Under the pieces are notes generated by a model. That model ran no database searches, had not been told where the DNA came from, and worked only from the letters and a program-made list of their open reading frames with translations. The translations under genes were made by a program, and so were the position numbers. Positions 11,200-23,075 of a stretch of DNA of 64,000 bases are shown here, piece after piece (position 1 is the stretch's first letter; the number at the start of each line of letters is the position of its first letter). Source of the DNA: Emiliania huxleyi CCMP1516 (taxonomy: Eukaryota); assembly GCF_000372725.1 (NCBI RefSeq), contig NW_005202428.1:586679-650678 (forward strand), written 5' to 3'.

Positions 11200-12200
11200 A
11201 TGTCGATGTCGAGTTTTTGCTCCTTCCCGCAGTGGACGGACGACCCACGAGTTTCTGTTACTTCGCCACAGGCGTGTGTGTGTATGGGCTCCGCGGCCTT
11301 CCTCTCCAACACCCGCCGCAGTGGCCCCCTCGGCCCGTGGGCGTGGCGAACGGTCGGGCCAGGTGCGTACGACATCCCGTCCCTGGTGGGAAACGTGCCT
11401 GGCGGCACCGCGGTGTGTGTACGAACGCGTCGGAGCCTCACCACACGACACGCAATCCACTGCGCTTGTTGCCATGGCAGGCATTTCGCAGCCCGTCGCT
11501 CAGCTCCCTCACGGAGCGTGCGACGGACGGCCCCGGGCCGGCGAGCTTTATGCCGCCGAGCACGCTTGCATCGACGCTGCGACCTCGGGTGTCCAGAAAC
11601 TACCCTCTGCAGACGCCCAAAACCTGCCCACGCCGACTGGGTTCTGCCGCACTTCCCGCATCGTTTTAGGTGCCCCCGACTCCGACTGGGTTTGAGTGGA
11701 GGCGCGTGCCGACGATGCCGACGGTGCCTGTGAACGAGGCGGCGTCGCCCAACGGGACTCCTGGCCCAGGAGCGTATTCGCCACAGTACAATCTGCTCTC
11801 CCACAGTGTTGGTGCGCGAAACTTCGATACGTACGCACCGCGCGAGTCTCCTGCCGTCTGGACGTCGCCGCCAGCGACGCCCGAGCTGAGCCAGGCAAAA
11901 GGACGGCGACGCGAGGCTGTCGTTCCCGATCCGGGGTCCAACCGTCGGCTTCGCATATTGCCTGCAGCAGAGAGGTTCAGGGTGTCGCGGGCAGCGCACC
12001 TTGCTGCGAGCCGCGAGCCGATCGGTAATGGGCCCGGGCCAGCACACTACAGTCCATCGAGGGGGGTGGGGAGCACGCGGCCCATCCCGTGCGCGCCGCC
12101 AGGCACCACCGGCCCGCACGGTGGCGGTGGCCGAAGGCGGGGACACGAATCAAGGCGCTGCGCCTTGCCCGTGCCGGCGCTCCCGCAGGTGGGGCGGTAG
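11200..12200 (+). CDS. Sperm-tail PG-rich (STPG/ODF3-like) repeat protein, probably spliced
   Basis: Repeated motifs VGPGAYDIP, GPGPASFMP, TPGPGAYSP and GPGPAHYSP across successive ORF segments. Confidence 0.6.
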
Positions 12201-12245
12201 TCAAGTGTACCAGTTTCATATAAAGCATCACCATTCGGGATCAAC

Positions 12246-14382
12246 TCAACTACTGCAATGGCCAGGATCGGCACTGATAGAACCAGGAGCAGATCCGCAT
12301 CCGGCGGCATGTCCAGCGGTTGCGCCAGAAGACGGTCTCTTTAGTCCGCACTTGCGGCAAAACTCCGAGTCGGCCTTGAACTTGTTGCCGCAGCGCGCGC
12401 AGACCGCCGGTCGCTGAAGATCCGCCTCGCTCGAGCGCACCGAAGAGAGCACGCTCGGCGCGCCGTCGCCTCGACACACGGACGGCGCCACGCCCGGAGC
12501 GAGGCCGCAATCGGCCCCGTTGCCGACGCCCCTGTCCTGGCCGCAACCGCCGCCGCACGCCGCGTGGCTCGGCTCGGCGGGCGGGCTCGCGGCCGCGGGG
12601 CCCAACTGACGCACCTCTCGGAGCAGCTTGTTGTGCTCGCGAAGCAGCTCGTTTTGCCGCTGCAGCCGCTCGACCGCGGACGGGAGCGTCGTGAGCAGCG
12701 TGGCTTTCGGGTCGCGGCCTCCGGGAGAAGAGTCCGACAGCCATCCGCCGAGCGATGCCTCCTCCCCCTCCGCCGCCCCGCCCGCAGCCCACGGGTCACC
12801 TCGCCCGCTCACCTCACGCAGCAGCGCGATCACCTGCTGCTGCAGCGCAAACAGCTCTGCGCTCGCGACGGCGGCGCCGGCGAGCCCCTCCTTCGCCTTG
12901 ACCACGAAGCCTCGCTTGCGGCCGCCCGCGCGTCGCTGCCGCTCCGACGCCGCCGACGCAACCTCGTCCGTGGACCCCGTCGCAGGCACAAGTCCCGCCG
13001 TCCCGACGGCGCTGTCCGACGTGGAAGGGCTGAGACGCGGGGGAGAGAGCGGCGAGCCGTGGCGCGACCCCGACGAGCCGCAGCAGGCTGCTCCCGCGGC
13101 CGGCGCGGCCCCTCCCGCCCGAGACCGCTCGCCGACCGACTCGTCAAAGTCCCACTCGTCCCACCTGTTCACAGCCAGAGCTGTGAAGAGGCGCCGTTCA
13201 CACCCCGCGGCAGAGAGTGCGCCGCAACAACTCGTCGCACCACCGCCCGCCGCCGCGGCGGGAGGAGGCGCGCGAGCCCCTCGCGGAGGAGTAGCCCGAC
13301 GAGGCGCCGTCCGACCGCGAGCCCGCGCTCCCCGGCCGAGGAGTTGGCGGCTGGGCGGGGTGCGCGGCCGTGCAGGGAGGCTGCTCCGTGGCGGGGGTAG
13401 CAGCCGAGCTGGCTGCAGCAGCCGAGCTGGCTGCAGGGCCTCGCTCCGTGAGGGGCGGCAGGGCGTGGACGAGGGGGAGGAGGTCCTCGCAGGCCCGCTC
13501 CGGCAGCTCGCTCAGCGCGGGCAGCTCGAGCAGCTCGTTGGCCGAGCTGCGGTCGGCGGTCCGCTTGCAGAGGCACGCGCTGAGCAGCGCCGCGACCGGC
13601 CCCGACGCGCGCGCCAGCTGCGGCGGCTCTCCTTGAAGCACACGCAGCATCACCTTCATGGGCGGCTCGCCCGCGTGGGGCGGCTCGCCGCTGCAGAGCT
13701 CGATCGCGGTGATGCCCAGCGCCCACACGTCCACCCCCGCGTCGTGCCCCGCCGTCTGCTCGAGCATCTCGGGCGACAGCCAGTAGACCTGCCCGGCGCC
13801 GACAAAGGTCTCGCGCTTGCGCCGCCGCTCGCCGAACTCGACCAGAGCGCCGGCGAGGCCAAAGTCGGAGAGGCGCACGCGCGCGGCCGCGTCGACGAGC
13901 AGTGCTGCGGCCTTGAGCCCGCGGTGGATGAGGTCGAGGGAGTGGAGGTAGCTCAACGCGCGGCACGCCTCGCGCACCACCGCCAGCGCCGCCCTCTCGC
14001 CGAGGCCCGACGGAGCGCTCAGCCGTAGGATGTCGGCGCAGGAGCCCGCCTCGTGCAGCTGCAGCACGAGCCACAGCTCGCCGCGGCTCACGAACGCCGC
14101 GTGGAGCTCGCACAGGTTGGCGTGGCGCAGCGACGTCATCCGCTGCACCTCGCTCGTCACGCGCCCAAAGTCGCGCGAGCTCTGCTTCTCGAGGTCGACC
14201 AGCCGGACGGCGGCCTCGCGCCCGTCCGCCGTCCGCGCCATCCACACGGTGCTCGGCGCCGGCGATGGCCCACCGGCAGAGGCGGAGGCCGCCGCGCTGC
14301 CCGCCGAGCCGCAGATGGGCGCGAGGAGAGTGTACTCGTCCGCTTTGCTTGGCCAGAACAGGCGACTGGAGGAGCGCTCCAT
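12246..14382 (-). CDS. STE20 (OSR1/SPAK/STRAD-like) kinase-domain protein, probable pseudokinase, with C-terminal zinc ribbon; spliced
   Basis: Kinase fold (LRHANLCELHAAFV..ELWLVL, DFGLAG, RETFVG..YWLSPEML, DVWALGITAIEL). Second ORF has WDEWDF, a coiled coil and CARCGNKFKADSEFCRKCG. Confidence 0.8.
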
Positions 14383-14570
14383 GAGAGAGAGCGCGCGCGC
14401 GACGTATTGGAGCGTGCCGCGCCGTGGTTAGAGCTCTTTGCCCTGTTCACACCGAGCAGCTGGGAGTGGCTGCGGCTATAGCAGACAGGCTCTTTGCTGA
14501 TATGCAGAAAATCGACGCTATCGGATCCAAATTCACACCGATAGTGCAGCCGCCGAGCACATTCAGCCGC

Positions 14571-15931
14571 CTACGTCGAGGCAAAGCGGCCGCCAAGGGC
14601 CAAAAGCGTCATTGTGTTTGAAAACGTGCGCCGCAACTCCCGCAAGAATGGGCTGCAGTGATTCCGCCTCAGCTCAAAGTTGTTGAGGACACCAATTTGC
14701 TCCGCGCCAACATCGTCAACTGTAAGTGATTCAGCGGAGTGGAAGTACCATGTGAAAAGCTCCCAAACAGGCGGCGTGAGATCGGTCATCAAGACCACGT
14801 TATTGATATCCCTGCTCGTGGCGTATGCGAGCACAGGAGAGTCTTGGGGCAAGAGCAGCTCGAGACGATCGACACTGAAAGCTCCCAGGGACAGCCGCAC
14901 CCCACGGAACGACTTGAGCCGATGCCGTGGCATGGTTGACATCATCTTGATCAGGGTCGAGTTCAACACGTCGACAACACAGCCCCATCCAAAGTTTATG
15001 TGCTCTAGAGTGTGGCCAGTTGCATCAAAGATCCGATGGAGCTCGGGCTCGGCTGCAGGTCCAAGCGCGGACACCTCGTTGCCTGTGCGCCTTCCGATGC
15101 GGCTTCCAAGACCGTCAATGTCAAGGTGCGTGAGCTGGGAGCAGAACTGGCCGACATACCTCAGTGTGAGCTCGGTGCACATAGGCAGAGGCACGCGCAG
15201 CTGCTTGAGACCTGCTCCCAGGGCCTGCAGCAGGAGCAAGGCTCCTTCATCTGTGACTTCTCCCATGCGATGCGACAGGCTGAGGCGGCTGAGGCGAGGA
15301 AGCGTCGCGCCGATACGCGCCATGCCCTCGTTCGTCAGATAGGACTCTGCTACTCGAAGCCCTTCGGACTCGACAGATCGAGGGCGGTCAGATTAGGCGC
15401 GGCTGCCCCAATGCTCGCGAAGACACCGTCGGTCAACTTGGCCGGAGAACAGGTGATGGTCTTAAGCAGCGGCCCCGCAAGCCGAACTGCTACTCGGACG
15501 TCAGAGTCGCTCGCGTCAGGCCTATCGCCTGGAACGGCAGAGAAGAAGCAACAGGCCATCATCTTTTCAATGCCGTCCTCCATAGCGCCAGCAGCTGCAA
15601 CAGCGTCACGACGCTTCTTCTCCTCCCCAAAAAATGGCCATTTTGCCATGTCGATGGAGCTCCACGGCTGGCCAGGCACGGCTGGATCGTAAGCCAGACG
15701 CCGAAGCTCCTTAGAAACAGCACCGACGGCCTGAAGCGTGCCTTGGCTCATGTGCCCGAGCAACTCAAGAAGCGAGTCGCCATCCAATGGCGGCCACGGA
15801 TCAGCAGCGGTGAAGGACACCTTCACGCTCACCGTCTCAAAGGAGATGACAGAAATCGTGAGCACGACGGGCGTGCTGCTCATGAGCGCCCGCCCGTCGG
15901 TCACGACCGGCACGGCTTCACGCCGTGACAT
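14571..15931 (-). CDS. F-box/leucine-rich-repeat protein with an apparent frameshift near 15350
   Basis: F-box-like LDGDSLLELLGHMSQGTLQAVGAVSKELRRLAYDP..W; LRR-like APNLTALDLS, LPRLSRLSLS..VTDEG, CSQLTHLDI. ORFs 15350..16036 and 14571..15323 are out of frame by one base. Confidence 0.65.
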
Positions 15932-16673
15932 CGGACAGCACCCTGACGTAAGTGATGAGATTTGACGTTGATGACTGACGCGATGTGAGCTTATACAGCT
16001 TGAGCACTTGAGCACTTGATAGGGTCGATTCCGCATGGTACGGGACCCCTCCGATCGTCTCGCCCTCCCTCACTGGTGTGTTCATTGGGGGGGGGTCATA
16101 ACAAACACGGTGCAGGATCGAGGTGCACGGCTGCAGAAGCAGTGTCGTCCCCCCTCCCTCTCCCCGACGGCGATGGCGGTGTGACCGATCGAGCTACAAG
16201 AGGAACTTGTTCAGCAGGATCCGGGATAGTCTCGTGCACTACCTCACTGGGCCTGAGATCACTGAGCCAGCATCCCGTCACCGTCTCGGGTTTGCGTGGG
16301 GTCGAACCACTCCGGGGTGGGCACGCCCACCATTCATTACGCGTGTACAATGACACTGGTTGACGATAGTTCCTTGGATGCGTGTTCGCGAGCAGAAAGG
16401 CGTGTGCTGAATCTAGGCCGCACGCCGTGGTCCGGGAGAAAAACACGCCCTTACTACCTACCTATCCACCCGCCCTGGAGCGGGAACTGCAGAGCCCCTA
16501 TTGACGGCAAGGAGCCCGAACCCAGGCGCAGTAAGAGAAAAACGTGACGGTCTGCATCGTTTGCTGTGAGGTTCTGTCTGGCTGAACAACAAAGAAGAAA
16601 TTCGCGATGCAAACTCGCGCGTCCCTCTTGACCTGCTTGCTCCCGGCCGGCTCTTGCGGTCGACCTTCAAGCG

Positions 16674-17414
16674 ATGCCATGGGACCGCCTGAAGCGACGG
16701 TACGTGGACCAGCCAGACCCACCTTCACGAGGAGCGCAAGTGTCTTCAGCACCCAACATCACTCTCGTGGTCGCATCCTGCGGCTCTCGGCTTGACTGGC
16801 TGTCCGCGATGCTGCAGCTCGAGCGAAGGCTGGAGGCAGTGGTTTTGGAGCAGTGCATCTTCAAAAGCAGCTTGCGCGAACGTGTTCGGAGTCGGAGGGC
16901 GCGCGTGATCAGAGTGCCACGGTGCGGGCGTGAGGCAGGCAGCTACCTGCACTACCTGACAAAGCACTGGCACAACCTTCCGCCGCACATGGTGTTTCTC
17001 CAGGGAGATGCTCGCCTGCACTGGCCGGGAGCAGCTCACGCGGCCGTGGGCGTGCGGCAGCTCCGAGAGATCGCGCAAGGCCCTGCCAGTTTCGTGATGC
17101 TGGACGCAGCGACACCCCGAGGAGCACCCTACTCTGTGACATCTTCCACCTGCCAGCACGGAGGTGGAGGGCCGCAGCTGATCTGGGACCAGCTGCAGGG
17201 AGGTCCGTCGCCGCTGCCAACGTTGCGGAGCTACCCTCTCGCGCAGTGGTACCTCCGTCGGAGCCGGCTCGCCGGGGGTCGTGTCACCCTGGCCAGCTTC
17301 ACCTCGCTCTTGCGACTGTTTGACGCCTCGTCGGGTAACGAGTCGAGCGAGTGCACCAGCATCACGCGCGTGGCTCTCGATTCAGAGGGCCTTCCACACT
17401 CCACGACGATCTGA
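16674..17414 (+). CDS. DUF3431-like (putative glycosyltransferase-related) protein
   Basis: LVVASCGSRLDWL ... GREAGSYLHYLTKHWHNLPPHMVFLQGDARLH matches the GRE..YL..I...Y..LP...VF.Q motif. Confidence 0.65.
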   Translation: MPWDRLKRRYVDQPDPPSRGAQVSSAPNITLVVASCGSRLDWLSAMLQLERRLEAVVLEQCIFKSSLRERVRSRRARVIRVPRCGREAGSYLHYLTKHWHNLPPHMVFLQGDARLHWPGAAHAAVGVRQLREIAQGPASFVMLDAATPRGAPYSVTSSTCQHGGGGPQLIWDQLQGGPSPLPTLRSYPLAQWYLRRSRLAGGRVTLASFTSLLRLFDASSGNESSECTSITRVALDSEGLPHSTTI

Positions 17415-18172
17415 TCAGTGCACACGTTCTCCACCCACGGCAGGAGTGCCTGTTTCACAGCAGGGATGTGTAAGATGATGAGCACAGAGTCTCCATCGAC
17501 GGCAAGGCTTGCCTCAAACTCGCACGACTCGCAGTCCATCTTGAGCAGCCGCACCTGTTCTCAGCTAGGTGGGGTGGTTGCACGTTCCGGTGCGGAGCAG
17601 CCCGCCTGACCATTCAGCAACAGGTTTGCCGAAGTGTTGACGTAAGCCCGCCAGCTGTCGGCACGGAAATTCTCCTCCACAAGCCGCACATACGCCGGCA
17701 CTTTCGCCTTTGCGGCGAGGTCGAGGGTGCCATCATGGGTGTCCACCCGGCAGTGGGGAGCAAGAAGATGAACATGCCGTTCGAAGCTTGCGTCACCGTT
17801 GCTGCCGACGGAGACGACAATGCATTCCTCGTCCTTCCCTTGCCCCTGCCGTAGCAGCGTCGGAGGGTCGCAAATCACCTTTTGCCAGTTGAGGCGGAGA
17901 GAGCGTGAGACCAGCATCGTTGAGGCGGAGAGAGCGTCTTGGGGAGAGTGGGCGCGGAGAGAGCGAGAGAGTGGGTGCGGAGAGGCCGCAAACCTTGCCG
18001 CCGTCGCCCGCCGCCCCAACACGGACCAGGTTGGCGCACGACACGGCACCTGTGCGGTGAAAACGCGTTGTGCTTTTATGTGAAAAGGCGCAGTGGGCGC
18101 CGCTGAGAGACTCTCACAAGCGCAGTGCAAATGCAGACAGCGCGCCTGGAGATCCTGGGCGGTAGGAGACAT
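17231..18172 (-). CDS. Methyltransferase, METTL24/Methyltransf_22-like, multi-exon; 3' end uncertain
   Basis: RVGAAGDGGK, CIVVSVGSNGDASFE, CRVDTHDGT, LLKMDCESCEF, TDQIVVE. Confidence 0.7.
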
Positions 18173-19170
18173 CAATCAGCTCCAGCAGTCTCGCGTACGC
18201 CCGCGATGCGACGCCGGGGCCGTGTGAGTCGAACGGCGTTTTTATTGCCGTCGCGGCGATGCGCGGCTGCACCATGATATTTGCCTCGAAATCTTGCGTA
18301 AATGTTTGGAGCGGCCGCGCGACTCGTGAAACATGAGCGTGACAACACAGCCGATTTCTTTGTTTTCATGCTTTCAACACAACTCCTCTGTCTTTCTGTA
18401 AAAGATGAACTCGAAAGGACGCGGCACGAACGGGCACCGTAAGGAAATTTCTCGTGAACGACAAAGCTAAACACGAAAAATTTTACAAAAATATCGGCGC
18501 CTTCTCCGCGGCCGCCCCGGGCCCCGCGCCCGTCACAGCTCACTTGAGTGCGCCCTTGTGCGTTGTGGGCCTTGCGGCGGGGCGCTGTGTGGCGTGTGGG
18601 GGGTGTGAGGCCCGCGGGGCCGAAAATGAAAGTTCTGCCACGTGCGCGAGACCTGATCTTAGACCCCCCCCCTTCTCCCTCTCAGCTCTCCCTCCCTCTC
18701 CCTCTCCCTCGCTCGCACCCTCTCCTCAGTCCTCTGCCTGTTTTCCCTCCTCCTCCGCCACCTCAGTGCACCTCGCCCATGTGGTTGGGGCGGGGGCCCT
18801 TGCGGCCGTCCTTGTGCTTCCACAGCCGCTCACCCTGCGGCGGGGGGGGGGGGGGGGGGGGGAGGGGTGACCGGAGGCTCCCAGGATGCGGCCAGCGGCA
18901 GCGGGGCTCCTCTCAAAAAGGCAGCGGGGACAGGAGGCACCCAGGTGACCCCCCGGGGGCAGCGGTGCAACGGTGCCCCGGTGCACCGGGGCACCGGTGC
19001 AACGGTGCAACGGTCCAACCGCCTGGCGGCAGTGGCACCGGTGTGGCAACAGCCCCCCAACGGCAGCAACGGTCGAAAGCTTTAGCCAAAAATTTCCGAA
19101 AAAGGCCCGGGGTGGAAACGGCGGCAGCGCCCGGAAAAGGTGGCAACCCCCCCCCCCCCCCCCCCCAAAA

Positions 19171-19334
19171 NNNNNNNNNNNNNNNNNNNNNNNNNNNNNN
19201 NNNNNNNNNNNNNNNNNNNNNNNNNNNNNNNNNNNNNNNNNNNNNNNNNNNNNNNNNNNNNNNNNNNNNNNNNNNNNNNNNNNNNNNNNNNNNNNNNNNN
19301 NNNNNNNNNNNNNNNNNNNNNNNNNNNNNNNNNN
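19171..19334. other. Assembly gap (N-run)
   Basis: Run of n characters. Confidence 1.
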
Positions 19335-19786
19335 GGAGCGGGGAGGGCGCGGGTGGCGGAGCCGCACTTTTCGCGCTCCGTCAGCTTGTCGTGGATGAAG
19401 GCGTTGGACGGATCGCCATCGGTGTCGGGGAGGGGCAGCGGCGGGGGCGCGGGGCCGCCGCCGCGGCGGTCGCCGCCGTAGCCGCCGCCGTAGCCGCCGC
19501 CGTAGCCGCCGCCGCCATACCCCCCGCGGTCGCCGCGATCGCCGTAGCCGCCGCGGTCGCCGCGGTCGCCGTAGCGCCGATCGTCCCGCTCCCGGCTCCG
19601 CCGTCCCCGCGAGCGAGACCGCGAGCGGCTACGGCGAGACTCGCGCTCGCGCTCGCGGCGGCGGCGGCGGCGGCGCTCGCGCTCCTCGGAGTCTTCGGAG
19701 TCGGAGTCGGAGCGCTCCTTCTTGTGCTTCTTCTCCTTCTTGCTCCGCCGCCGGTCCTCAGAGTCCGACGCGGAGTCTCGCGCCAT
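19335..19786 (-). CDS. RS/RG-rich protein, N-terminal exon; continues into the gap
   Basis: MARDSASDSEDRRRSKKEKKHKK..RSRSRSRSR..GGYGGG..DPSNAFIHDKLTEREK. Confidence 0.55.
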
Positions 19787-20292
19787 TCTTGTACCAGAAG
19801 CGACCGCAACACGCCTCGCGGGGGGGCTGGAGTGCGGCGGCTGAGGCCGAACCTGTATTCTTTTTTTGCTCGGGCGGGAAGCTGACCTTGTTTCTTCTGG
19901 TGCCTTGGAGTGCTGGGGGGGGCGACAGGGAGGATGTGGCCCTGAGTTATGTGTACGCCGACTCAGGGTGTGTGGCAGCCAGCTGGCTGTGTGTCTTGTG
20001 AGCCTGTTTGTGTCTGTGTGTCGCTCGTGCGTGCGTTTGCGTGCGCCGAACCGCCGTGTGGCGTGTCATCTCTCAACTCTCATCATCTCTGTCCAGCGTC
20101 CACCCCCATACACAGATACCACCGCGTTGGTGTCCAGTCCGAGCCTGGCTGTTCTTCACCTTACTACATACATACGTGCACTGCCACAAGGGCACATGGA
20201 GAAGGAAACCGCATTCAACAAACAACAACACCAAGAGCCGCACCGTACTCCACCACCTCAAGAGACTCTCCATTATTGTATTAGCAGTCACA

Positions 20293-20790
20293 TTATTGCT
20301 GCGCCCGATACTCCCGGATCTGGCTGCGCACGAGGTTGTTTGGGATGAGCATGGTCGACTGGAGCTCCACACCAGTGAGCGGCGAGGTCGTGTGGCCTTT
20401 GCTCAACCACGTCTCGATGGCGCGGCGCTCGTACGTCATCCCATCCATCATCACGACCGGATCGTCCATCAGCGCGAAGGTGATCGGGCAGAGGAAGGCC
20501 TCGGGGATGTCCGAGGGTCGAGTGGATGGCGGAGCAGCCTCGTCTACCAGCTCCGTGAGGGCGGCCGCCGCGTGCTGCAGCGGTTCCATCGCCTCCAACG
20601 GCTCGAACTCGATCGGCCGCTCGACGGCGCCAAGCCGCTCCTCGAGGCTCTCCCTACTCAGCACGCCGACACTGGCCTCCAACAAGTCCCCGTCGCTATT
20701 CACCGCCGCGCGCCTCGCCTCGCCCTCCAGCCTCGCGCTCTCCTGGAGCGCAGCCGGTGGCCTCTCGGCTTCCCCCTCTGCTTCCACCTC
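20293..20790 (-). pseudogene. U-box domain; 3' fragment of an ankyrin/U-box gene
   Basis: IPEAFLCPITFALMDDPVVMMDGMTYERRAIETWL...TSPLTG..L....LIPN..VRSQI. The upstream ALQESARLE motif is shared with the ank/U-box copy at about 40600. Confidence 0.85.
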
Positions 20791-22279
20791 GTACAACTGT
20801 GGCGTCGGTGGAGACCTGTTTGCGCTTGTGTCTTTCAAGGGCAAAACCTACGGCCTCAACGGCTCAGGCCGCAGTCCTCGAGCGCTCAGCCTTGCCGCTG
20901 CCCGTGCTGATGGTCTGCATGCAGCTAGTGCACACAGCATCACAGTGCCGGGCGCAGTAGATGGCTGGGAGCGCTTGTGGCGCCGCTTTGGAAAGCTGCC
21001 CTGGTCGGACCTCTTCAAAGATGCAATTTACCACGCAAAGCACGGGCACATTCCGACGCAGGTCGAGGCAAACATGGCGCTTGCTGCAACTTTAGAGCGA
21101 CTGGCTGTCGGGGGTGCAGCTGAGTTCTACCGCGGCTCGTTGGCAGACGACCTGTTGCGAGATACCCGCCGATTGGGCTCACTGCTCAACGCATCCGACT
21201 TGGCTTCACATGCTGGTGAGGACATCACGCCGATCAGCACAACCTATCGAGGATACCGCGTGTGGGAGCTGCAGTCCAACTCGCAGGGACTCACTGCCCT
21301 GGAGGCACTGAATGTGCTTGAAAACTTCAACATGAGTACGCTGGAGTTCTTGTCAGCAACCCACTTGCATCACATGATCGAAGCCACAAAGCTGGCCTTT
21401 GCTGACCGTGCACTATTCTCTGGTGATGGAATGGCGATCAACAGCAGCAAGTGGCATCGAGCCACCCAGCGGCTACTGAGTAAGAGATACGCCGCTCGGC
21501 TGAGTCGCACAATAAGCTCGACAGGGCACAAGAGGCGCAGCATGGACAACACGATACGTCCAGACCAATACGCTTTTAACGGCGCTCGATTGCAGCCTAA
21601 CGGCGACACCATAAGCATCGTCGCCGGCGACGAGGACGGGATAATGATCAGCCTGATGCAGTCTAATTTCAACTCAAAGTTTATGCTCGAGACGCTCGGA
21701 TTTGTGCTTCACAACCGCGGCAACCTGTTCTCCCTGGGTGAATCTAGCCCGGACCTATATGCACCGGGCTCTAGGCCATTCCATACGCTCACGCCGGCTC
21801 TTGTCACGGTGCGCACTGGCCATGGAATCGGGGAACGGCCATGGCTGGCATTTGGAATGACCGGTGGCAGCACGCAGCCGGTTGGGCACCTCCAACTGCT
21901 GACTAACATCATCGACTTTGGTCTGCCTCTTCAAGCGGCAATCGATGCACCACGATTCACCCACTGGCACCCAAACCAGCCATCAGGCTACTGGACCGAG
22001 CCACACTGGCAGCCGGCGGGGTGGCAATTGGCGGGAGGCTCACCGTCCGGTTCAATGGGCACTGCAGGATTTGTTCAGCTCGAGGCGCTGCATCCTTGCC
22101 TCAGCGCAAGTGTACGGAGTGCCCTAGCGGCATTTGGGCACTTACTCCCCGTAACCCCTCGCCGATCGATGTGTCCAGGGCGCATGCAGGCCATCGAGGT
22201 TGTCGGAGACCCGCAGACGCACAGCCGACCAAATTTCAAACTACAAGGCTACAGAGTCGGTTCAGATCGACGAGGATGA
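20790..22279 (+). pseudogene. ggt: Gamma-glutamyltranspeptidase (bacterial YwrD-like), N-terminally truncated
   Basis: CGVGGDLFAL..GLNGSGRSP, SITVPGAVDGW, FYRGSLA, NSQGLTAL, EATKLAFADR, GDT (catalytic Thr), HNRG, PGSRPFHTLTP, GMTGGSTQP. The N-terminus is missing and the C-terminal SDPRKDG motif is cut short as SDRRG*. Confidence 0.85.
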
Positions 22280-22399
22280 GCAGTCACTTAAGAACTATAG
22301 AACCAGTGCTGTGATGTATATGCTGCGGGCATTAACAGGCAGAGTGAACACGGCGATCGAGCACCGTACACCCATTCATCATGCGGTGAGACGGTCCGC

Positions 22400-23075
22400 G
22401 GTGTGACAGATGGTTGTGCTCTGTGTTGGGCACAGGGCTGCTGACGGAGGCGGACACACGTGGTAGAGTACAGGTACAAGGTGATGCGAATAACAGGGGA
22501 GAAGAACACGGCGGTTTGGAATGCGTGCAGTTTATTACCAGCATGGTTTAGACGCGGGAAGTAATCGGACTTAACCTTAGATAGGGTAAGGGTAAGGGTT
22601 TTGTCTTTTGAGTGCGCAGTCGCCCTCAATGCCAATCGTTATGAGCTTCGGATATTTGTCGCGTGTTTCTTCTGGCGCTACGCCTTGGAGGGTGGAGTGC
22701 TTTCGTGTTGAATAGTTTTCTAAAGTTCATGCCGTATCTGTATACTGCGTTCCTGAAGGAGCGTAGGGCGCTCGCGTACGTGACTTCGTAGTGGAACGGT
22801 ATCTGTTTGAGGTCTACGTTTGCGAAGTCGTGGTAGAATTGGTTGTACGCGTGGCGTAAGAAGGCGCGTGCAGCTTCTGGGAGTAGGGTGGTTGGGCTGC
22901 CGATGCAAAAGATGATGGCGTTGCACATGTCGGGCGGCCTCGTGATGCCGAGGATGTCGACGCAGAAGCTGATGCACCGGCGCCAATATGGTGCGGTTTT
23001 CTCGCACTCGAAGAGGTGCAGGATGCGTTCGACACACCTGTTGCACAGCCGGCACTGTTGGGGGCCTGTGAGGTA
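22400..23075 (-). mobile_element. 5'-truncated non-LTR retrotransposon (L1/Tx1-like) 3' end with zf-RVT
   Basis: Manual translation QQCRLCNRCVERILHLFECEKTAPYW (CCHC typical of the LINE ORF2 C-terminus) continuing into ORF 22626..22928; lower GC. Confidence 0.7.
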
